The notes beneath the pieces were generated by a model. That model was not told the DNA's origin. It did not search any database and was given only the letters and a program-made list of their open reading frames with translations. Source: Nitrosopumilus sp. (GTDB lineage: Archaea > Thermoproteota > Nitrososphaeria > Nitrososphaerales > Nitrosopumilaceae). Taken from it: a stretch of DNA of 64,000 bases. Both the position numbers and the translations under genes were made by a program. The stretch spans positions 1,152,001 to 1,216,000 of the forward strand of contig OZ241981.1 in the NCBI GenBank assembly GCA_965204345.1. Reading direction: 5' to 3'. Below, piece by piece: positions 49,604-57,573 of this stretch (position 1 is the first letter of the stretch; each line of letters opens with the position of its first letter).

Positions 49604-50260
49604 ATGGAAATTACTAATATAGAATTTGGGTCTCTTCTTACGTATTCTCCACGTGGAAGTACCGATGAAGAGGCTCGTTCAAGAACTTTCATGGCGACAT
49701 TGAAGAGTGATGGATGTTTAGAAAAAGAAAAAATCCCAATGACAGAATATATTGCACAGGGAATTAAGAATAATTTAGAAAAACTTCCTTTTGCTCATTT
49801 CTTTAAAGTAAATCCTATTCTTATTCCAACTCCAAGTAGTTCTCATACTAAACCAAATACACTTTGGGTTCCACAACGTTTAGCAATTGCTTTAGTGAAT
49901 AATGGTCTGGGAAAGAAAGTTAGTTCATGTCTTGAACGAACAAAGCCTTTACGTAAATCTCATACAAGCTCTAGTAAAGATAGGCCAAAAGCTCAAGAAC
50001 ATTATGACACAATGGCAGTTCAAAAAGAACTTTCTGAGCCAGATGAGATTTTATTAATAGATGATTTGATAACAAGAGGATCTACATTCGTTGGAGCTGC
50101 AATTAGATTGAGAGATGCATTCCCAAATGCCAATATTCGTGCATTTGCAGGGATAAAAACAATAAGTAAGTCGGAAAATTTTAAGAAAATTTATCATCCA
50201 TGTATAGGAGAAATCAATTTTAACGGTGAAAATTCATTCAATGATTGTATTGAAGAATAA
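49604..50260 (+). CDS. Type I phosphoribosyltransferase (ComF/ShosT-like)
   Basis: ILIPTPSS, CLERTKPLRKS, PRPP-binding loop ILLIDDLITRGSTF; no ComF zinc finger; 5 nt after the DprA-like gene. Confidence 0.82.
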   Translation: MEITNIEFGSLLTYSPRGSTDEEARSRTFMATLKSDGCLEKEKIPMTEYIAQGIKNNLEKLPFAHFFKVNPILIPTPSSSHTKPNTLWVPQRLAIALVNNGLGKKVSSCLERTKPLRKSHTSSSKDRPKAQEHYDTMAVQKELSEPDEILLIDDLITRGSTFVGAAIRLRDAFPNANIRAFAGIKTISKSENFKKIYHPCIGEINFNGENSFNDCIEE

Positions 50261-50525
50261 AATTTGATATTGTTCAGTCATAGAATTAGAGAACTAGATT
50301 GCAATTCATATAAACCATAGCTTGATGTCTACTTCCAGCAGTAAATCTATCAAAAATATTGCTTTTTGTGTCATCATTAGGCTCAAAAAATCACAAAATA
50401 GAAAAAAATAGAACTGGTCAACAAATGCAATCCTGTAATATACTAACATGTGATTGGAAAATCAGTTAATATAAAAAATATTCCAGTCAATTAGGGATAT
50501 AAGGAACTTTTTTCTGTAATTAACA

Positions 50526-50678
50526 ATGGCAAAATATGACGGTTTGTTAGGACAACCAATACTTGAAGTTGAAGAACCGGATAAAGAAGGCGGAATTACA
50601 TTTATCTTCAAAGATAACAGGTTTATGTTCATAAAAGCAGTTGATGGTAAGATTGAGACCGTATCAATTCCAGAATAG
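50526..50678 (+). CDS. 50-aa microprotein, paralog 1 (MAKYDGLLGQPILEVEEPDKEGGITFIFKDNRFMFIKAVDGKIETVSIPE)
   Basis: Hand-translated; TATA-like GATATAAG ~25-30 nt upstream; similar to the next ORF. Confidence 0.75.
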   Translation: MAKYDGLLGQPILEVEEPDKEGGITFIFKDNRFMFIKAVDGKIETVSIPE

Positions 50679-50687
50679 GTGATAAAA

Positions 50688-50834
50688 ATGGAAAAATTTG
50701 ACGCAATCAAAATGCTAGAACTTGTAAGAGTAGAAGATCCTGATTCGGATGGCGGATTGACTTTAATTTTTCAGGAAGACAAGACTTTGAAAATCAGGAT
50801 TGTGGATGGAAGGCTAGTTTCAGAATTTGTGTAA
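50688..50834 (+). CDS. 48-aa microprotein, paralog 2 (MEKFDAIKMLELVRVEDPDSDGGLTLIFQEDKTLKIRIVDGRLVSEFV)
   Basis: Hand-translated; SD-like GGTGA at 50678-50682; shares VE.PD..GG.T.IF...I..VDG with paralog 1. Confidence 0.75.
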   Translation: MEKFDAIKMLELVRVEDPDSDGGLTLIFQEDKTLKIRIVDGRLVSEFV

Positions 50835-50835
50835 A

Positions 50836-51330
50836 CTAGTTTTTCACATGTTTTTCATAATACCCAATAGCCAATTCTTGTACCTTAGATTGAATTGAGC
50901 CAGGTCTTTCATCCCGAATTTTTTCAATTGCATCGTTTGCTGTAAATTTTTTGTATTTTATGAAATAACATGCAAGTATAGTACCAGCTCTTCCCAGTCC
51001 AGCTGCACAATGAACCATTACAGACTGATCATTTTTAATTTGTTCATGAATAAAATCTACAGCAGAATCTATCCTATCCATGTCAGGAGCAGTCAAGTCA
51101 GGAGTTGGCACGTGCAGATATCCAATATCTTGCACCCATTCATCAGGTAATGCTTGTTCAGTCATGGTGACAATTGATTTTACACCTTGGTTTAGTAACC
51201 AATCAAATTCATCAGAGCTGGTAGGAATGCCTGAGCCAGCTAATTTTTCCTCGATTAACCATGAAAAATTTGTTGGTTTTTTGGTAATTTTTCCATGAAC
51301 CTTTCTCCAGATATTGCCAGGTTTACTCAT
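50836..51330 (-). CDS. Dual-specificity protein phosphatase (DUSP23/CDKN3-like)
   Basis: PTPDLTAP acid loop, VHCAAGLGRAG CX5R, RPGSIQS. Confidence 0.9.
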   Translation of the reverse strand: MSKPGNIWRKVHGKITKKPTNFSWLIEEKLAGSGIPTSSDEFDWLLNQGVKSIVTMTEQALPDEWVQDIGYLHVPTPDLTAPDMDRIDSAVDFIHEQIKNDQSVMVHCAAGLGRAGTILACYFIKYKKFTANDAIEKIRDERPGSIQSKVQELAIGYYEKHVKN

Positions 51331-51380
51331 GACAATATTAGAATAATTCTATATTTTTAGTATTACTAAGCTTGATTTTA

Positions 51381-52022
51381 TCATGATGCCATTGCACGAA
51401 CAGGAGACCCTGTTGCATCTTTTAATTTTAGAGGAAGAATTGTGAAATTAAATTCATTAGAATTTATTTTATTCATGTTTGCTAAATTCTCAACTATCAA
51501 AATATTGTTTTTTGATAAGACATGATGAACACAAAAGGATTCGTCTTTTCCCAAATCAATACTTGGGGAATCAATTCCAACTAGATTGATTTTTTTTGAT
51601 GAAAGATATTTTGCAGATGACAAGTCTAATCCAGGATTTTCAGTAAAATAATTATGTTTTTTTAGATTTTTTTGCCACCCAGTATGGAAAAAAAGGGACG
51701 AGTAATTTGGAATTTTGCCATTCTTTTTTTCAAATGAAACAATATCAGACTTTGTGATAGTATTATTTTTTGATTTTTCAAGTTTTAGAAGAATTCCTCT
51801 TCCAATCAACCTGTCAAGGGGAATTTGATTGATTTTTAGGCCGTTTTTCACGAAATGATATGGTGCGTCAATATGAGTGCCTGTATGTGAACTCATGAAT
51901 AACAATTCAAGATTATATCCGTCGGTTTTGATATTTGACCAATCAATGAATTGTGGTGCAGGAGAACCAGGGAAACTGGGAATTGATTCAGATAATGTAA
52001 GTGAAAGATCTATGGGTCTCAT
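51381..52022 (-). CDS. Cyclase-family metal hydrolase (kynurenine formamidase-like)
   Basis: HTGTHIDAPYH, VGIDSPSID, IVENL, GSPVRA. Confidence 0.88.
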   Translation of the reverse strand: MRPIDLSLTLSESIPSFPGSPAPQFIDWSNIKTDGYNLELLFMSSHTGTHIDAPYHFVKNGLKINQIPLDRLIGRGILLKLEKSKNNTITKSDIVSFEKKNGKIPNYSSLFFHTGWQKNLKKHNYFTENPGLDLSSAKYLSSKKINLVGIDSPSIDLGKDESFCVHHVLSKNNILIVENLANMNKINSNEFNFTILPLKLKDATGSPVRAMAS

Positions 52023-52083
52023 ATCAGCATAACGTAATGGTAATTAATCAATTTTTGAAAAATCAAAGGTTAAATACTGTCTG

Positions 52084-52356
52084 ATGAAAAAAAATCTTGT
52101 GCCTACAGCATATGTTCTATTAAATTCTGACTTGGGATCTGATGAATCAATCATTAATGAAGTAAAACAGATGCTAACTGAAGAAGAAGTCAAATTTGAG
52201 GTTCAAGGTGTCTATGGGGTATACGATATTGTATTGAAATTATCCTCAAATGACGCTGAAAAATTACGTGCAATCATTACCAACAAAGTCAGAAAAATTG
52301 GCAAAGTTCAATCAACATTAACCATGATGGTAATAGAAGAACAAGAAAACCTATAG
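52084..52356 (+). CDS. Stand-alone Lrp/AsnC ligand-binding (RAM) domain protein
   Basis: AYVLLN...GVYGVYDIVLK...KVRKIGKVQSTLTM. Confidence 0.85.
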   Translation: MKKNLVPTAYVLLNSDLGSDESIINEVKQMLTEEEVKFEVQGVYGVYDIVLKLSSNDAEKLRAIITNKVRKIGKVQSTLTMMVIEEQENL

Positions 52357-53502
52357 TTTCTTTATCGCATCAATTACTTTAAGCATTTGAGATTCAGTGT
52401 TGAAGAAGTGAGGGGAAGCACGTACAATTGTTTTGTCCATAATTTCTCTTACTGCTAAAATAATATTTTGTTTTTCAAGTTTGTCAACAACTTGCTGAGA
52501 ATCAATTCCTTTGATGTTAAAAGAAACAATGCTGGTTCTAAGATTCTGATCGTCAGGTCCGTACAAAACAATATTTTGGATTTTTGATAATTCCTCTCTG
52601 AATAGATTTGAAAGATATTGATTTTTTTTATGGATATTGCTCATTCCAAAATTTAGCATATAGTTTGCAGAAGATGCAAGGCCAACTATTCCCACATAAT
52701 TTCTAAAACCGGTCTGAAATTTATCTGGTAATTCTTTATACGCAAGTTTTGAATCGTCATAAATTATCGCAGATTCGCCGCCAATGGTTTTCGGTTCCAA
52801 TAGTTTGCTTGAGTGTCTATTACAATAAAACAACCCTGTACCCATCGGGCCACAAAGCCATTTGGATCCATTAAATGACATAAAATCACACTTTATCTTT
52901 GAAACATCAACATCTCCAATGCATCCTATAGTTTGTGCACTGTCAATAAAAAATGGAACCTTGTTATCAAGAATTTTTCCTATTTCTTCAACAGGCAAAA
53001 TTGAACCTGTATTATACAGAGCATGACTAAGTGCGACTAATTTTGTGTCCTGATTTACAAATGATTTCAAATCGCCTAATTGAAAAAATCCATTATTGTC
53101 AATAGGCAGATTTTGTATTGAAATCTGTTCTTTTAGTTTTATCCAAGGATAAAAATTTGAATGATGTTCATGAGTCATTCCACGAATAATTATGTTAGAA
53201 TCATTATCAAAAGTCAATCCATTTGCAACAAAATTAATCCCGTCAGTTGTGCTTTGGGTTAGAATTACTTCATCGGGTTGAGAGGAAATAATTTTTGCAA
53301 TAGTTTTTCTTACAATTTGTAGTTTTTCAGCAACAAAATATTCAGAATCCTTTGAATCCGGACCGATAGAACTGTATTTGGTCAGAAATTCCTTCATTGC
53401 CTCAATACTTTGATTGGGCATCAAGGATACAGATGCATTATTTAGGTAAATTTTGTCAGAGGATGGAAAATCATGTAAAATATCTTTTGATATCAAATTC
53501 AT
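52351..53502 (-). CDS. Class-V PLP enzyme (cysteine desulfurase/selenocysteine lyase-like)
   Basis: IYLNNAS, EHHSN, DSAQ, NGSKWLCGPMG, VRASPHFFN; catalytic Cys loop not evident. Confidence 0.8.
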   Translation of the reverse strand: MNLISKDILHDFPSSDKIYLNNASVSLMPNQSIEAMKEFLTKYSSIGPDSKDSEYFVAEKLQIVRKTIAKIISSQPDEVILTQSTTDGINFVANGLTFDNDSNIIIRGMTHEHHSNFYPWIKLKEQISIQNLPIDNNGFFQLGDLKSFVNQDTKLVALSHALYNTGSILPVEEIGKILDNKVPFFIDSAQTIGCIGDVDVSKIKCDFMSFNGSKWLCGPMGTGLFYCNRHSSKLLEPKTIGGESAIIYDDSKLAYKELPDKFQTGFRNYVGIVGLASSANYMLNFGMSNIHKKNQYLSNLFREELSKIQNIVLYGPDDQNLRTSIVSFNIKGIDSQQVVDKLEKQNIILAVREIMDKTIVRASPHFFNTESQMLKVIDAIKKL

Positions 53503-53525
53503 TATTATATCTGTAAAATCTCAAA

Positions 53526-54122
53526 ATGGTGTTGGATAAAAATCCTGATCACATTATAAAGAATGATTTAACGCAGATTCAAATCAAGTTTGAACAGAAT
53601 AATCCAAATATTGTATTATGTTCAAATTCATTCCATAAAATTGAATTTATTAATAGACTAATCAATTCAACTAAAGATCCAATAATTATCATGGACATGG
53701 ATTTGCTTTATACCGGTTATGTTCAGTCGGGAATGATTCAAAAAAAGGATAATGTAATATTTTTTTATCCAGATAAAACAAATTGGGGGGAGAAATTATC
53801 TGAAATTGGTTTCAAAGTATCAAAGGAAAGATTTTTGGTGATAATTGATTCGTTTAATGGAGTATACAATACATTTGATAATTTAGAATCTGCCAGATTC
53901 ATAAATTCATGTATAATGCTATTGTCTTCGATTGGAAATCATGTAAAATCATCTGTCTTGATTGTGGGCATGGCAAGAAAAAAAGAAGATGATAGTTGGG
54001 TACTAGCACCAGGGGGAAAATATATCATCAAATCAGAAAAGACGGGAGTATATTTTCTTAAAAAAACTGCAGGTGATTTGCTCATTAGCACTTTGGATAA
54101 ATTTGAGGATAATTCAAAATAA
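53526..54122 (+). CDS. Hypothetical protein, degenerate RecA/RadB-like fold
   Basis: IMDMD and LVIIDSFNG Walker-B-like strands; Walker A eroded. Confidence 0.45.
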   Translation: MVLDKNPDHIIKNDLTQIQIKFEQNNPNIVLCSNSFHKIEFINRLINSTKDPIIIMDMDLLYTGYVQSGMIQKKDNVIFFYPDKTNWGEKLSEIGFKVSKERFLVIIDSFNGVYNTFDNLESARFINSCIMLLSSIGNHVKSSVLIVGMARKKEDDSWVLAPGGKYIIKSEKTGVYFLKKTAGDLLISTLDKFEDNSK

Positions 54123-54158
54123 AAAGTAATTTTTAGCGTCGTATCTGCGATCAGAATT

Positions 54159-54193
54159 TTAAACGCCGTTATAAAATATTAAACGCCGTTATA
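54159..54193. promoter_or_regulatory. Tandem 15-bp repeat TTAAACGCCGTTATA (dyad AACG-C-CGTT), 20-bp period, upstream of the ferredoxin TATA box
   Basis: Exact copies at 54159-54173 and 54179-54193; TTATATTA at 54214-54221. Confidence 0.6.
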
Positions 54194-54247
54194 CAGCCAT
54201 ATTTTTAGGCAAATTATATTAAGACCAAATCTCAAATTAATTTTGTT

Positions 54248-54547
54248 ATGCCAGTAGGAATTATTCCAGACATCAGCGAACAAATGTGTATAGGATGTGC
54301 ACTATGTGTAGAGATCTGTACCACACTTGGACCAGATGTCCTTAGAGTAAAACCAGTTGAAGGCTGGAAGAGAGGTAAAGCATTTGTCTTCTACCCAGAA
54401 AGATGTATTTCTGATGGTGCATGCATTGGTGTATGCCCAACAAAAGCAATCTTTTGGATGCGACCAATGGACTTTACTGTTGGACAACCAGTTCCACTCT
54501 ACAAGAACTCAGTCTTCGTCAAAGGTTGGACTGAATTAATCGATTAG
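54248..54547 (+). CDS. 2[4Fe-4S]-type ferredoxin
   Basis: CIGCALCVEIC and CISDGACIGVCP (one Cys replaced by Asp); T-rich terminator follows. Confidence 0.88.
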   Translation: MPVGIIPDISEQMCIGCALCVEICTTLGPDVLRVKPVEGWKRGKAFVFYPERCISDGACIGVCPTKAIFWMRPMDFTVGQPVPLYKNSVFVKGWTELID

Positions 54548-54668
54548 GTTAGTTCATCAATTTTTAATTTCTTTTTATTATTTTAGATTCTAACAGTTAG
54601 TCCCATCATTTTTGATTTTTTCTTTAAACAACAACAACATATGATACGAAATATAAGAATAAGGAGGT

Positions 54669-55658
54669 ATGTTTAAGACAATATTTTTTAGTTTACAAAA
54701 AAAATTATTGTTACTAGTATTATCTGCTACATTAACCTCGATACTTATCACAACCATTCTATTCCTAAATTTTGATCATATTCAAATTTTTGAAATGCAA
54801 GAAAATATCATAGGAATTGGAATGGCATTGATGGTCGGACTAAGTGGCATTACATATTTTCTTTCAAAGCGCCTTTCTCAGCCAATAACAAAACTAAGTG
54901 ATGCAGCTAATAAAATAACACATGGAGACTTTAGTGTTAGAACCAATATAAAATCAAATGATGAAATTGGGCATCTTTCTTCATCCTTTGACTCGATGGC
55001 TCAAAAATTACAAGAGTCACTAATCGAGATTAAAGAACAAAAAGATGTCATAAAACAACAAGAAGATATCTTATTGCAGTTTTCTGAACAGAGTGAAAAG
55101 TGTTGTGTGGGGCTGATAGATATTATGAATTCAACGAAGATATGTGCAAATTTATCAGATTCACAAATAAGTGAATTTTATAAAATTTTCCTAAATTCTA
55201 TAGCATCCACAATCAGAAGATTTGAAGGCACCATTGTAAAAAATCTTGGGGACGGATTGCTTTTCTATTTTTCAATAAAGGATACGAAAGATACGGTCAC
55301 ATTAAAAAAATGTCTGAATTGCTGTCTGGCCTTGGGGGAAGAACACGGCAATATTTTAAAAGAATTAGAGAAACAGAATCTTCCATCACTAAACTATAGA
55401 ACTAGCGCAACATATGGAGGTGTGAGAATAGCTAAAACAACATCATCATCAACAAATGATATTTTTGGGGTTACTGTAAACAGATGTGCTAAAATCAATC
55501 GTAGTTCGCCTGCAAACGGAGTAATTATTGGCGAGGGCCTTTATGGTTTAGTAAAAGAATTTGAGGGATATTTTTTCAAAAAAGTTGAAAATGAATCAAT
55601 TTCTGCAGAATATGGATATACGGGATATGTAGTTTCTAAAAAAAATTATAATGATTAA
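54669..55658 (+). CDS. Membrane class III adenylate/guanylate cyclase with HAMP domain
   Basis: Two TMs, HAMP (PITKL...DEIGHLSSSFDSM), IDIMNST, VKNLGDGLL, DIFGVTVN. Confidence 0.85.
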   Translation: MFKTIFFSLQKKLLLLVLSATLTSILITTILFLNFDHIQIFEMQENIIGIGMALMVGLSGITYFLSKRLSQPITKLSDAANKITHGDFSVRTNIKSNDEIGHLSSSFDSMAQKLQESLIEIKEQKDVIKQQEDILLQFSEQSEKCCVGLIDIMNSTKICANLSDSQISEFYKIFLNSIASTIRRFEGTIVKNLGDGLLFYFSIKDTKDTVTLKKCLNCCLALGEEHGNILKELEKQNLPSLNYRTSATYGGVRIAKTTSSSTNDIFGVTVNRCAKINRSSPANGVIIGEGLYGLVKEFEGYFFKKVENESISAEYGYTGYVVSKKNYND

Positions 55659-56809
55659 TTTTTAGAAAAACCTAGTCTTGATGCCCATCCTCGCTTTTGT
55701 TTTTTAGTTGATTTCATCGATAGATTATCTAACATTTCATATGTGATCGTAAATCCATTGCCAACCATAGTGGCATCTTTTGCATAGTTTTCCTTGTTTG
55801 GCACAAATTCATCAGACAAGTCTTTAATTTTTTTAGTCTTCAAATCAAATAGCCGAATTTTTTTATTATTTTCAAGTTTTATGATTGCATCCCCACTTAG
55901 TCCTTGAATGGAAAAATTTTCAAAGAAACGTATGAAACCACCCTGTTTTAGTTCAATCACAGAATCATAGGTGAATTTTCCGCCATAAAATAAAATTTCC
56001 CGTGCAGACAAAATGACATCATCTTCTACATTAAGGACAATGATTGAATCTGCTTCTAGCAATACGGTATTTATAATATTTTCAGCAATGATCTTTCCGT
56101 TTGGAGCTGAAATGTGGGTTCGATGTTCTTGAATTTGAAATATTCCTACCCTGCCCTGAGGATCTTCAACTGTATATTTTCTGCCATAAACGTTCCCAAT
56201 TACAGCATTGCCATTATCTATAGTTATTTCAGCACCATTTTCAATTTTATATTTATTTTCTAATGGATCAATAAATTTGAAATCTCCATTAGTAAGATGG
56301 ATGTGTGTTTGGAATTCCTGCGTCCATGATGGACTAGTAATGCTACCTTGCATAATTATCGGGCCATCATAGGTCAGATTTCCTGCCATAAAATTTCCTT
56401 TGATTGATAAAGATCCTGTTATTTTTCTTTCTAATTCAATTTCACCGAGGGTTTTAGAACCAAATAATCGTGAGGCAGTTGAGTTTGACCTATTTAATGC
56501 TGCAGCCCATTCTTCAGCGATTTTCATTTCTTTGAATAACTCTTGACCTAAAATCTGATTTTTTCTTCTAACATCAGCCTCGGTGTCACCAGAAAATACC
56601 CTAGAATTTTTTAATTTTTCATTATCAGTATCAGGATACTTTTTACCAATTTTTAGATCATCGTATGCTTGTTTAATTTTAATAAACTGTTCATTTTCTC
56701 CCCCACGATCAGAATGGAATTGAAGTGCCAGTCGTCTAAATGCATCTCGAATTTCCTTTTCAGTGGAACCTTCCATTATTCCTAAAATATCATAATTACT
56801 CTCTGCCAT
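55655..56809 (-). CDS. J-domain protein (HSD variant) with beta-rich C-terminal region
   Basis: NYDILGI...IRDAFRRLALQFHSDRGG...FIKIKQAYDDL. Confidence 0.75.
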   Translation of the reverse strand: MAESNYDILGIMEGSTEKEIRDAFRRLALQFHSDRGGENEQFIKIKQAYDDLKIGKKYPDTDNEKLKNSRVFSGDTEADVRRKNQILGQELFKEMKIAEEWAAALNRSNSTASRLFGSKTLGEIELERKITGSLSIKGNFMAGNLTYDGPIIMQGSITSPSWTQEFQTHIHLTNGDFKFIDPLENKYKIENGAEITIDNGNAVIGNVYGRKYTVEDPQGRVGIFQIQEHRTHISAPNGKIIAENIINTVLLEADSIIVLNVEDDVILSAREILFYGGKFTYDSVIELKQGGFIRFFENFSIQGLSGDAIIKLENNKKIRLFDLKTKKIKDLSDEFVPNKENYAKDATMVGNGFTITYEMLDNLSMKSTKKQKRGWASRLGFSKN

Positions 56810-56868
56810 TTTTACATCAGCAAAGTTAATTTCTATATTTTCTATACTTTTAGGTTTCTACACGATTA

Positions 56869-57522
56869 TTACTGATTATTAGATTTGATAAGTGCAATAA
56901 CTGCAATTGTAATTATAATAAATCCAACCGTAATTATAATAAATCTAATGGGGTTTAATTGTATATTTTCAAGATTGTCTATTGATTCTTTCAGATCATT
57001 GACATCCTCAATTAACGCAGTATGCCCATCAATCATTTGTGTTATTGTAATATCAGATGGTTCGGGAAATTCTATGTATGAACGCTCATTAACTTTGGGT
57101 GGATGCATAGATAAGCTGATTGGAGTATCAACAATGGTTCCTAGAATGTTTGCTTGATAAAAGCCTGAGACAGTTGGGTTTACAAATGCATAATATTTTC
57201 CAGGAATGTTATGATCAGGCGATAAAGGAAGAGTGATGCTCTCATCTTTGTAAATTAATTTTATTTTTACTGTTTTTTTTAAATCTGGAACGCCATTTTT
57301 AAATACTTGATCTTCAAGCTCCAACCCAGACTCTAAAGGACTCACATAGAATTCAATAGCATTGGTTTCTCCAGATACAACCGGCTCATTCATCCAGCCA
57401 ATTTCAACTCGATATTCCCCCACAGCATCAACTGTGTGACCATATGCAATCCCAAATAATCCTGGTGCAATCAATAAAGATAAAATCAGATACTTTAATT
57501 TCATACTCAAAAAACCAAACAT
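56869..57522 (-). CDS. Surface/membrane-anchored hypothetical protein
   Basis: Signal peptide ending AYG|H, IGWMNEP motif, C-terminal coiled coil + TM. Confidence 0.6.
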   Translation of the reverse strand: MFGFLSMKLKYLILSLLIAPGLFGIAYGHTVDAVGEYRVEIGWMNEPVVSGETNAIEFYVSPLESGLELEDQVFKNGVPDLKKTVKIKLIYKDESITLPLSPDHNIPGKYYAFVNPTVSGFYQANILGTIVDTPISLSMHPPKVNERSYIEFPEPSDITITQMIDGHTALIEDVNDLKESIDNLENIQLNPIRFIIITVGFIIITIAVIALIKSNNQ

Positions 57523-57573
57523 GATTTTAAAAACGTTCTACTAACTTTCCTTAAAGATTGATATTTGTACCAG

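Larger units (their letters stand above)
46560..50495. mobile_element. Decayed ~3.9-kb integrative island
   Basis: TCAATTAGG direct repeat at 46560-46568 and 50487-50495; encloses integrase, IS and PIN pseudogenes plus the DprA-PRTase pair. Confidence 0.6.

Noticed and set aside
48864-50260. DprA + ComF-like pair as natural-competence machinery
   Set aside because: Both lack the accessory domains of the competence proteins, no uptake genes are nearby, and the mobile-island context fits defence/TA better. Not formally excluded.
50280-50400. Minus-strand fragment (FEPNDDTKSNIFDRFTAGSRHQAMVYMNCNLVL) at the island's right end
   Set aside because: Could be another gene remnant, but no recognisable family or start.
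50462-50710. 82-aa minus-strand ORF from the track
   Set aside because: Shadow of two mutually homologous plus-strand microproteins with TATA/SD signals.
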